A stretch of 44,527 bases of DNA from Macrostomum lignano (lineage: Eukaryota): assembly GCA_002269645.1 (NCBI GenBank), contig NIVC01002784.1:1-44527 (forward strand). The letters run 5' to 3'. Position 1 is the stretch's first letter; each line of letters begins with the position of its first letter. Below the pieces are notes generated by a model. That model had not been told where the DNA came from. It was given only the letters and a program-made list of their open reading frames with translations, and ran no database searches. The position numbers and the translations under genes are program-made. This document shows, in pieces, positions 33,820 to 44,527 of this stretch.

Positions 33820-35390
33820 GATGGTCAGGGAGGGTGAAGGCGATCGAGAGATGGTCAGGGAGGGTGAAAGCGATCGAGAGATGGTCAGGGAGGGTGAAGG
33901 CGATCGAGAGATGGTCAGGGAGGGTGAAGGCGATCGAGAGATGGTCAGGGAGGGTGAAGGCGATCGAGAGATGGTCAGGGAGGGTGAAGGCGATCGAGAG
34001 ATGGTCAGGGAGGGTCAAGGCGATCGAGGGAGAGTCAGGGAGGGTCAAGGCAATCGAGAGATGGTCAGGGAGGGTCAAGGCAATCGAGAGATGGTCAGGG
34101 AGGGTCAAGGCAATCGAGGGAGAGTCAGTGAGGGTCAAGGCAATCGAGAGATGGTCAGGGAGGGTGAAAGCGATCGAGAGATGGTCAGGGAGGGTGAAGG
34201 CGATCGAGAGATGGTCAGGGAGGGTGAAGGCGATCGAGAGATGGTCAGGGAGGGTCAAGGCGATCGAGGGAGAGTCAGGGAGGGTCAAGGCAATCGAGAG
34301 ATGGTCAGGGAGGGTCAAGGCAATCGAGAGATGGTCAGGGAGGGTCAAGGCAATCGAGGGAGAGTCAGTGAGGGTCAAGGCAATCGAGAGATGGTCAGGG
34401 AGGGTCAAGGCAATCGAGAGATGGTCAGGGAGGGTCAAGGCAATCGAGGGAGAGTCAGGGAGGGTCAAGGCAATCGAGAGATGGTCAGGGAGGGTCAAGG
34501 CAATCGAGGGCGACTCAGGGAGGGTCAAGGCAATCGAGGGCGACTCAGGGAGGGTCAAGGCAATCGAGGGAGAGTCAGGGAGGATCAAGGCAATCGAAAG
34601 AGTGTCAGAGAGGGTCAAGGCAATCCAAAGAGGGTCAGGGAGGGTCAAGGCAATCGAAAGAGGGTCAGGGAGGGTCATGGCAACCAAGTGAGTCAGGAAG
34701 GGTCAAGGCAATCAAGTGAGTCAGGAAGGGTCAAGGCAATCAAGTGAGTCAGGAAGGGTCAAGGCAATCAAGTGAGTCAGGGAGAGTCAAGGCTATCAAG
34801 TGAGTCAGGGAGGGTCAAGGCTATCAAGTGAGTCAGGAAGGGTCAAGGCAATCAAGTGAGTCAGGGAGGGTCAAGGCAATCAAGTGAGTCAGGAAGGGTC
34901 AAGGCAATCAAGTGAGTCAGGAAGGGTCAAGGCAATCAAGTGAGTCAGGAAGGGTCATGGCAACCAAGTGAGTCAGGGAGGGTCAAGGCAATCAAGTGAG
35001 TCAGGGAGGGTCAAGGCAATCAAGTGAGTCAGGAAGGGTCAAGGCAATCAAGTGAGTCAGGGAGAGTCAAGGCTATCAAGTGAGTCAGGGAGGGTCAAGG
35101 CAATCAAGTGAGTCAGAGAGGGTCAAGGCAATCAAGTGAGTCAGGAAGGGTCAAGGCAATCAAGTGAGTCAGGGAGAGTCAAGGCTATCAAGTGAGTCAG
35201 GGAGGGTCAAGGCAATCAAGTGAGTCAGGAAGGGTCAAGGCAATCAAGTGAGTCAGAGAGGGTCAAGGCAATCAAGTGAGTCAGGAAGGGTCAAGGCAAT
35301 CAAGTTAGTCAGGAAGGGTCAAGGCTATCAAGTGAGTCAGGAAGGGTCAAGGCAATCAAGTGAGTCGGGAAGGGTCAAGGCTATCAGGTG
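33820..35390. repeat. Composite intronic minisatellite: 30-bp unit GATGGTCAGGGAGGGT(G/C)AAGGC(G/A)ATCGAGA (33820-34680) grading into 28-bp unit GTGAGTCAGGAAGGGTCAAGGCAATCAA (34681-35390)
   Basis: Direct reading; explains ORFs 33740..34747 and neighbours. Confidence 0.96.
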
Positions 35391-36694
35391 AATCCCCTAG
35401 TTTACGAGCTAGCATCTAGATGAATATGGATGGAAAATATCACTTCGGACACAAATATGACAAATAAAAACATACTTTATTGCTTCCTTTCTAGATAATG
35501 CAGAAAAATTCACTTAAGCGAGTGCTGCTACACTGAGCATGTCTCAAAAGCATCAAGCAAGCAAGAAAATTGGCCTGTTGCGGTAAAATCAAGGCAAAGA
35601 ATAAATTTTGGCCTCCCCAGCAAAGGCAGCAAAAAAGGCAGGACGTCTTTGATGGCAAATTTCCTGGTTAACACCCACTTTCAGTCTGAAAACGGATGCT
35701 GGCGGCCCAGTTCAGGAAATTGAACACGGAGTGTGGCGCCTCCGGCTTTGAGCCGCATGCAACCAATTTGTTCTCAGACGCGATGGATTGGAGCTTTGAC
35801 TGGGCTTTAAATTGGACTGGCTGGCTTGCGTGTGACTGACAAGCTGACAAAGGAGATGGACTGGACACTGAAACGCTGCAGCAGGACTACTGTTTGAGCA
35901 CTGAGAAGTGAGGTGAAAAAAAATTAAATTACTCGGTCGGAGAGGCGGCGGACGGAAGGTCCGGGATAAACTTTCCCCGACACTTTTTCATGATCAGAAA
36001 AGTTGCTGCTGATGGCTGGACGGCTGGCGGGTAGCGCAGTTTGACCGTCACTAAAAAGGCAATCTTCCATGCGCCCTGCAGCTGCGGCTGAGGGTGGTGG
36101 CCAGCAGATGACCGGGGAGGGCAATGTTTGCTCAGCATCAGTCACGCAAAGCTGACAAGCCTTCCTGGCACCAGCTGACGCCGCGCGCCGCCACCTCTGC
36201 GCCGCCCTCCCAGCTGCCCTGCTCTTCCTCCTCATCGCCGCTTCCTCGTTGCCTCTCACCCTGCATGCCCTGCGCCCTTCTCTCCGCCTGTCTGCTTTTT
36301 GTGCATTTCGCTTTTAGTTTGTAGAGTTGCCAGGCGGATCCATGCATAGTAGCGATGCGGACTGAGGCACAGACAGGCACTTCGCGCCAAGAAAAATGCT
36401 ACACACTACAGTAGTTCAGTGGGCGCTTTCTCAGCCAGAGGCAGGGATGCCGTGAGAGCTGAGTAGGAAGCATGAGAATGCGTGTAGATACAGTAGACTG
36501 CAATGCCTTCGCTGTTTCACTTTTTGCCTCGAGCAACAGACCGATTTGCTGCCAGACCCGACAGTTTTAGCGATGCAATGTAGCAAAAAACGCAAAAGCA
36601 ACTCTTTGAGACTGAGAGCAGCACCTCTTTGAGCTCAATTCAACATGGCATTATTAGGCATGAGAAATGGCAAGCACAATTCCTGAGCACTCGC

Positions 36695-36898
36695 CTGCAT
36701 CATGTTGCTGATGCTCTCGCGTTCCGACAGAATCTCGGACAGGTTCTTCGTGCCCAGCACGTTGCGCAGGGTGGTGGCGGCCAGCAGGCGGGTGGACCTG
36801 TCCGCGTCTTCAACGTTAGTTACGGCGATCACTGGGTTGTAGATTCTGTAGTACACGACCGCGTCAACGGCCACCGTGACAGAGTCCTTCGTGAGCAC
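36695..36898 (-). CDS. STOM: Stomatin-like exon C (VLTKDSVTVAVDAVVYYRI...ISNMMQ), ending at a GC donor
   Basis: 68 codons; CAG acceptor 36901-36899; CAG|GCGAGT at 36694. Confidence 0.93.
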
Positions 36899-38439
36899 CT
36901 GCACCGGACAGACAAAGTCAAGGATTCTTAGAATATTGCAAGCATTTCCACTTGAATAGAAAGCATGCACTGAAAATCATCTTGCACTCATTGCGGTGAA
37001 AAAAATATGATAAATCATAAAGAGAATGCGTCACGGCAAAAATGAACACTCGGTGTGGTACAGCCCTGCCCGCCTCTCACCCAGCCCCTTAGATCCGTCC
37101 ATCATCGCGACGCGCTGCACAAGACGACGGACGACGGGGCTGCATTCACGCACTCGTCGCTCACACTTGAGAGGCCCAGATTAACGCGGCAGACTGAGAG
37201 GTCCCGGGTCAAAGGAGGAAGGCCTGACCGGATTAATGGATCGGTGTTGCATGAAGGGACGACAGGCGAGAAACAAGATAATTCCCATTTGGGATTTGGG
37301 AAGGTGAAGGGATGATGATTCTGGTCACAGGCGCGGGATGGCCTAGGTGGTAATTGAGATGCGGAATAATGAGGAGATTTGACTCTGGGAGATGGGGGGG
37401 CATCCCAGCCAGTCAGCCCGAGGTGGCCGCACTATAGAGCAGGATGAAGATGTGCGCAAACTGCAAAGCTCCATCATTACTGTGCTGACACCCCAGCATC
37501 TCTGAACGGACTCATCATCAGTCAGTGTGCGGCCTATGCAAGCAAACACAGCTACAGTGTGTCCGCAATGTGATTCTATCACTCCCGTCTCTGTTAGTTC
37601 GTCAGCCAACCAAAAAGCCTGCCTGATCGGCTTTGCTTTCTTTTTACCAAATTCGACGCTCCATACTTGTCCAACGCCTGAGGTGGAGACGTTTTTGCGC
37701 TGGCTTTTTAATGGATTTTTTCTGTAAATATTCAGGAGTAGTCAGACCCTAGACTCTGGAACAAATCCTACTCACCTGAAGCCTGAAGTGCTCTCTTCAT
37801 TCTCTCTCCCTCTCCGCCCTCTTCCAGACTTCACTGGCGTACCTTCCTGCATCCTCCTTCCCAGCAACCCCCCCCCGCCTGGCCAGCCCCGGTCTGGCAG
37901 CGGCGGAATTGATTAGAAAAATAAGACAGAAATGCGGAGTCCCCGCCCTCCATGCACGCGACCGGCCGACTCGCTCCGACACTGAGGGCCGAAGCCCGGC
38001 GGCCCCTCCCTCATGAGGCGCTCGCCGCGAAACAATGAATAATAAGAAATCCAATTACCCCAGCGCGGAGCGGCGCCCTTCGGGAAATTTATCCTCACTT
38101 TATAGAACTGAACTGCCTTGATTGGCTTTGCTATTTCAGAAAATAGCCACTCGCGCTGCTATTATTTTTGTGACCGCTAAAAACCCCAGAAGTTAGTCCA
38201 GTCAGCTATTTTTGTAACCTTGGCCAGATGCTCAATGCATCGATTGCGCCATAGACCTGAGTTCGATCCCCGTTGTGGCATACCTTTAATAACACTTAAT
38301 AATCATATTTCAGACAATTGACATAAAAACCATGGCCTGTCGTTTGCTACTGTTGTCCATGGTCTGGCGTCCTGTCAAATTTTAGTTGTCTTTGGGGGTC
38401 CTAGCTTTCGCAATTAGCAACCAGTTGAAGCTTGCTCAC

Positions 38440-38595
38440 CTCCTGCGGCGGCACATCGAAGGTCACTGTGCGCAGGTCCACCTTGCGAATGATGTCCATG
38501 CAGGGCACAATGAAGAACAGGCCGGGGCCTTTGGCGCCGCCTTCGAGTATTCGACCAAGGCGGAAGATCACGGCCCGCTCGTATTCGGCCACCAC
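38440..38595 (-). CDS. STOM: Stomatin-like exon B ([15 protein letters not shown]...[13 protein letters not shown])
   Basis: 52 codons; CAG acceptor 38598-38596; GAG|GTGAGC donor. Confidence 0.95.
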
Positions 38596-38699
38596 CTGGT
38601 CAGAGTGGGAAGGTTTGGGTTGGTAGCATCGATTTCCCTACTGGTAGCTCTGCACCTGATGATGCGCGCTAAAACGGGGTTGCTTCAGTGTAGCGCATC

Positions 38700-39365
38700 T
38701 TTGGGTTGCCAGCTCCTCCCCCAGTCCATCTGTGGGTTGCTAACACCTCCCCCAGTCCATCTGTGGGTTGCTAACACCTCCCCCAGTCCATCTGCGGGTT
38801 GCCAGCTCCTCCCCCAGTCCATCTGTGGGTTGCCAGCTCCTCCCCAGTCCATCTGTGGGTTGCCAGCTCCTCCCCAGTCCATCTGCGGGTTGCCAGCTCC
38901 TCCCCCAGTCCATCTGTGGGTTGCCAGCTCCTCCCCCAGTCCATCTGCAGGTTGCCAGCTCCTCCCCAGTCCATCTGTGGGTTGCTAACACCTCTCCCCA
39001 GTCCATCTGTGGGTTGCTAACACCTCTCCCCAGTCCATCTGTGGGTTGCTAACACCTCCCTCAGTCCATCTGCGGGTTGCCAGCACCTTTTCCAATTCAT
39101 TTGTGGGTTGCCAGCACCTCTCCCAGTCCATCTGTGGGTTGCTAACACCTCCCCAGTCCATCTGTGGGTTGCTAACACCTCTCTCAGTCCATCTGCGGGT
39201 TGCCAGCACCTTTTCCAATTCGTTTGTGGGTTGCCAGCACCTCCCCAGTCCATCTGCGGGTTGCCAGCACATTTTCCAATTCGTTTGTGGGTTGCCAGCA
39301 CCTCCTCAGTCCATCTGTGTGTTGCCAGCACCTCCCCAGTCCATCTGTGGGCTGCCAGCACCTGC
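38700..39365. repeat. Intronic minisatellite, about 30/31-bp unit CAGTCCATCTGTGGGTTGC(TAACA/CAGCT)CCTCCCC
   Basis: Direct reading. Confidence 0.94.
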
Positions 39366-39583
39366 CCCAACCATAACAAGCTTTCAGTGCTATCGGCTTT
39401 TAGGAATCGTTTCGCTGATTATCTGATATTGAAAATTTAATTGAAACCAAACCCAGACAGTTAATTTTCATATAGCCCACGAATTCCTTTAACACTCACT
39501 CAGTATCTCGGTTCAATAAAATCATAATATGTTTCTAAGCTATTTATAGAGCTAAATTGGAAGTCTTATTAGTTTGTGCTTAC

Positions 39584-39693
39584 CTTGATGCAGAGGCACA
39601 ATGACAGCGGTAGAGTCACCACAATGAGCGCGTACGACAGGATGATGAGGACGCCACCGCAGAATCCCATGCCCTGAGAGTCCCGCTGCTGGC
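39584..39693 (-). CDS. STOM: Stomatin-like exon A (membrane hairpin: GMGFCGGVLIILSYALIVVTLPLSLCLCIK); upstream first exon not located
   Basis: Not in the ORF track; read by hand. CCGCAG acceptor 39696-39694 (phase 1), AAG|GTAAGC donor; matches stomatin CG-x-L-x-x-LS...TxPxS-x-x-xCIK. Confidence 0.9.
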
Positions 39694-40639
39694 CTGCGGT
39701 GGGCAATGGAGAGATGGGGTATTATAGGCACTGTTCCCGTGTTAATAAGTCTCGAGCATTTTGTTCCGTTAGGATTGAACTATAAGCATTTGAAAGCAGT
39801 CGTATCTTCGTGCCGTCTTAGTTTGTCTGTCTGTCTGTCTGTCCCAGTATACTCGTATTTATATGTGTCCATCTAATCTTTTTCCAATCGTACCATTGTG
39901 AATAATTTTGTAGCTTTATTAAAGTGCTCTCTAGCTATTTTTAGCGCAGTGATATAATTTTAAATAATATTCGCAACGTCAAGATTTCATTAAGGCCAAC
40001 CCCCAAAGGGGGGAGTGTGCTAGTCCACTATACTAAAAACGGTTTGTCTCTATCTACAGATTTTAACATGTAGTTATCTGGAGAAAATAGATAAAATACA
40101 AGTTAAATAGCACATAAAAGTGTGTCTATCTTCAGCTGTAATAAAGCTTCCCAAAGAGCTCACTGGGATCACTCAGAGGTCCTGTGGCTGGCGGTTTCTC
40201 TCTACTTCGCATGGCGGCGGCGTGCATTATTGTCTCGCAGCTTTATTTGTTCTATCGTTTAGTATTTGTCACTTTAGAAGGCTCGCTGTTCTAGAGAGCG
40301 GGCCTCACATATTTATACTAGCTTCTGCACTTCTCGCTCTGACTTTGGATTGAACTCTGGGCAAATCGATGAGGTTGCCATATGATTGGACAGCTGGTCT
40401 GGCCCTATCCCTTATCCAATTTCGCTTGCCCACGGCTTGGGTCCAAGAAGCTAAGGCCAGTGCTAAGGCTAAGGCGATCTGGCAGATTGGCAGCCCAACA
40501 CCTGCTGCGAGCGACAAGTGAAAACAGGTGCAGAAACTCCCATCTACATTCTATTTAATAAACTTCCCTGTAGAAACTCAATACAACTATAAATTCGCTC
40601 CCTATTATTGATAACTAAGTAGTATGGAAGGGTGAAAAG

Positions 40640-41482
40640 AGAAAGGGGGAAGAGACAAGAGAAGGGGGCAGAAGAGACGAGAGAAGGGGCGGAAGAGATG
40701 AGGAAAGGCGGAAGAGACGTGAGGGGGCGGATGAGACGGGAGAAGGGGGCGCAGGAGACGGGAGAAGGGGCGGAGGAGACGGGAGAAGGGGGCAGAGGAG
40801 ACGGGAGAAGGGACGGAAGAGATGGGAGAATAAATCAGAAGAGACGGGAGAAGGGGGCGGAAGAGACGGGAGAAGGGGCGGAAGAGACGGGAGAAGGGGC
40901 GGATGAGACGGGAGAAGGGGGCAAAGGAGACGAGAGAAGGGGGCGGAGGAGACGGGAGAAGGGGCGGAGGAGACGGAAGAAGGGGGGGCGGAAGAGACGT
41001 GAGAAGAGGCGGAAGAGACGGAAGAAGGGGCGGAGGAGACGGAAGAAGGGGCGGAGGAGACGGGAGAAGAGGCGGAAGAGGCGGAAGAAGGGGGCGGAGG
41101 AGACGTGAGAAGAGGCGGAAGAGACGGAAGAAGGGGCGGAGGAGACGGAAGAAGGGGCGGAGGAGCGGAGAAGGGGCGGAAGAGGCGGAAGAAGGGGCGG
41201 AGGAGACGGGAGAAGGGGTGGAAGAGACGGAAGAAGGGGGTGGAAGAGACGGAAGAAGGGGGCGGAGGAGACGGAAGAAGGGGGCGGAGGAGACGGGAGA
41301 AGGGGCGGAAGAGGCGGAAGAAGGGGCGGAGGAGACGGGAGAAGGGGTGGAGAACGGAAGAAGGGGCGGAAGAGACGGAGAAGGGGCGGAAGAGGCGGAA
41401 GAAGGGGGCGGAGGAGACGGAGAAGGGTGGAAGAGACGGAAGAAGGGGCGGAAGAGACGGGAGAAGGGGCGGAAGAGACGGG
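40640..41482. repeat. Purine-rich about 21-bp minisatellite GGAGAAGGGGCGGAAGAGACG
   Basis: Direct reading. Confidence 0.93.
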
Positions 41483-41809
41483 TAATAGAAAATAGAAATA
41501 GCAATAGGAAATCGAAAAACTAAGATCAATTTGCACACGACACCGGTCAATGTGCCAGTCATTTTGCCTCTTCAGCTGGATGGCACTTTGAAAAGCAGTT
41601 GTGCTAACAAAAGTAAGTGGGGCAATCGTTGCAGAGTGCCTTGAACCGAGAGACGGTGCTTGCACAGCCGAAATACGTGGCTGCCAATTAATTACTGAGC
41701 AAATCGATAGTGGGAGAGCACGCTTCACTGTGCGATAAGTCTCTGGGGTGATTTTTGTTGTGACAATTGGTTGTCCTTTGCTTCATATTGATTCTAGGCT
41801 GAGCATAGG

Positions 41810-42600
41810 CTGATCCTAAACTGTTTATTGACTGATCATAAACTTTTTATTTTTTTATCCTAAAATGTTTATTGATTGACCATAAACTGTTTACTGCTTG
41901 ATCCTAATATGTTTGCTGATTGACCATAAACTGTTTACTGCTTAATCCTAAACTGTTTGCTGATTGACCATAAACTGTTTACTGCTTGATCTTAAACTGT
42001 TTATTGACTAATCATAAACTGTTTATTGATTGATACTAAACTGTTTATTGACTGATCATAAACTTTTTATTTTTTGATCCTAAAATGTTTATTGATTGAC
42101 CATAAACTGTTTATTGATTGACCATAAACTGTTTACTGCTTGATCTTAAACTGTTTATTGACTGTTCATAAACTGTTTACTGATTGATCTTAAACTGTTT
42201 ATTGACTGATCATAAACTGTTTACTGATTGATCATAAACTGTTTACTGCTTGATCTTAAACTGTTTATTGACTGATCATAAACTGTTTATTGATTGATCA
42301 TAAACTGTTTATTGATTAATCCGAAGCTGTTTATTGATTCATCCGAAGCTGTTTATTGATTAATTATAAATCATCATAATCTTGATTGATCATAAACTGT
42401 TTATTGACTGGTCATAAACTGTTAATTGATTGATCCTAAACTGTTTATTGATTGATTAGAAAAAAAAACTGTTTATTGACTGGTTATAAACTGTTAATTG
42501 ATTGATCCTAAACTGTTTATTGATTGATTAGAAAAAAAACTGTTTATTGATTGATCATAAACTGTTTATTGCTTGATCATAAACTTTTAATTGGCTGATC
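41810..42600. repeat. AT-rich 22-bp minisatellite TAAACTGTTTATTGA(T/C)TGATCA
   Basis: Direct reading. Confidence 0.92.
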
Positions 42601-43404
42601 ATAGAACCTTATTAGCTGTTCCAATTGACTAATAGACTTAAATAGAATCAGCTTCGGTCCGAGCTACACCACTGAATTTATTCACTTAATTCACTACTAA
42701 AAGCAGCAACCAAAGCAAATTTCAGCTAGAAGCCGAGTTTTGAACCTACTGGGAGAGATGCCCGCATGCGCCACTGATAAAAGCGTTGAAGATTCGGGAG
42801 TTGAAGCAGATTCTGTTCCAACTTCAAACAGAATTTTGATGCAAAGAAAGTAAACAGGGAATAGCACGCCCCGGCCAAGCGGGAACCCTCCCTTGAGCAC
42901 TGCTCAGCGTGGTCGAACAAAAATGAAGTTGTTGATATTCCATTATAAAATGCGAGAGCGGTGACAGAGCGTGTTTTTGCGTCAAGGGGCTTCGCATAGT
43001 TTGCAGCAACAGGGGGTCGGGCGAAGTCGGCGACTTCAGCGACACTTCCCGCTCTCTCCCATAGCCTTTTATCTCGCCGCGACTGTAGCGGAGGCAGTCG
43101 CTGGGGGGATCAAGAAAACCCATTGCTCCGCGCGATATCCAGAAAATGAGGGATAGAGAGAGAGAGAGAGAGAGAGAGAACTCCAATGGCCGATTAAATA
43201 ATTCACGGCTCAATCAACACTAAAAGAATCGGAGGGACCACTCTCTGTGAGTGTGAATTGAACTGCTGGCTGTTACAATCTCGATAGCTAGATCTAGCAG
43301 TCAATGCTGAACTGTTTTGGCATCTTCCTGTCACAGACTGGTTTGAACTAACTATATTTCAGCAAACCTGACTCAGGGGAGAGAGCTGAAGTAGGGTCAG
43401 GCGT

Positions 43405-44527
43405 AGACAAGTGGCTAATAGCGATAGACACCTTGAGAAGACCAAGAGGCTAATAGCGATAGACACATTGAGAAGACAAGTGGCTAATAGCGATAGACAC
43501 CTTGAGAAGACAAGTGGCTAAGAGTGGTAGACACATGGAGTAGACAAATGGCTAATAGCGATAAACACTTTTGAGTAGACAAATGACTAATAGCGATAGA
43601 CACTTTGAGGAAATAAGTGACTAATAGCGATAGACACCTGGAGTAGACAAATGACTAATAGCGATAGACACCTGGAGTAGACAAATGACTAATAGCGATA
43701 GACACCTTGAGAAGACAAGTGGCTAAGAGTGGTAGACACATGGAGTAGACAAATGCTAATAGCGATAGACACCTTGAGAAGACAAGTGGCTAAGAGTGGT
43801 AGACACATGGAGTAGACAAATGCTAATAGCGATAGACACCTTGAGAAGACAAGTGGCTAAGAGTGGTAGACACATGGAGTAGACAAATGCTAATAGCGAT
43901 AGACACCTTGAGAAGACAAGTGGCTAAGAGTGGTAGACACATGGAGTAGACAAATGCTAATAGCGATAGACACCTTGAGGAGACAATGGCTAAGAGTGGT
44001 AGACACATGGAGTAGACAAATGGCTAATAGCGATAAACACTTTGAGTAGACAAATGACTAATAGCGATAGACACCTTGAGGAGACAAGTGGCTAAGAGTG
44101 ATAGCCACATGGAGTAGAAACTTTGGAGTAGACATTATCGCTAATAGCGATAAACACTTTTGAGTAGACAAATGAGTAATAGCGATAGACACCTGGAGTA
44201 GACAAATGCTAATAGCGATAGACACCTTGAGTAGACAAATGCTAATAGCGATAGACACCTGGAGTAGACAAATGACTAATAGCGATAGACACCTGGAGTA
44301 GACAAATGACTAATAGCGATAGACACCTTGAGTAGACAAATGCTAATAGCGATAGACACCTGGAGTAGACAAATGACTAATAGCGATAGACACCTTGAGT
44401 AGACAAATGCTAATAGCGATAGACACCTGGAGTAGACAAATGACTAATAGCGATAGACACCTGGAGTAGACAAATGCTAATAGCGATAGACACCTTGAGT
44501 AGACAAATGACTAATAGCGATAGACAA
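43405..44527. repeat. About 33/34-bp minisatellite GAGTAGACAAATG(A)CTAATAGCGATAGACACCT(G/T) with alternating variants; runs off the window end
   Basis: Direct reading. Confidence 0.93.

Noticed and set aside
38221-38285. Possible further tRNA-like head (TGGCCAGATG...GAGTTCGATCC)
   Set aside because: Only box-like motifs; no body, tail or second copy seen.
42824-43213. GC-rich ORF with a CT microsatellite as a candidate stomatin first exon
   Set aside because: No convincing phase-1 GT donor was found to join exon A at 39693.

Overview
Eukaryotic (invertebrate) genomic DNA. The (GACA)n tracts and a minisatellite in most introns resemble the flatworm Macrostomum, but that assignment is inference only. 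Five protein-coding genes lie on the minus strand. (1) A PNPLA6/7 (NTE/swiss-cheese)-like phospholipase, truncated by the window start and carrying five single-base deletions. (2) An intact 3-exon LCMT1. (3) An intact 6-exon PQLC2/SLC66A1. (4) An intronless class A peptide-type GPCR. (5) A stomatin/MEC-2-like gene whose first exon was not found. The stomatin gene has a GC-AG intron leading to a tandem pair of 56-nt exons that must be mutually exclusive, and a duplicated exon end plus donor inside a (GGGGCT)n intron. A 4.35-kb Mutator-like element with TIRs, a TSD and PHD/FLYWCH remnants lies at 19110-23454. There is a tRNA-headed SINE (full copy plus fragment), a second pair of diverged tRNA-headed structured elements, a small MITE-like palindrome, and about 20 distinct tandem arrays. 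Most long ORFs in the supplied track are artefacts of these arrays. All exon boundaries were derived by hand from GT/GC-AG signals, phase continuity and recalled family alignments; no database searches were run.
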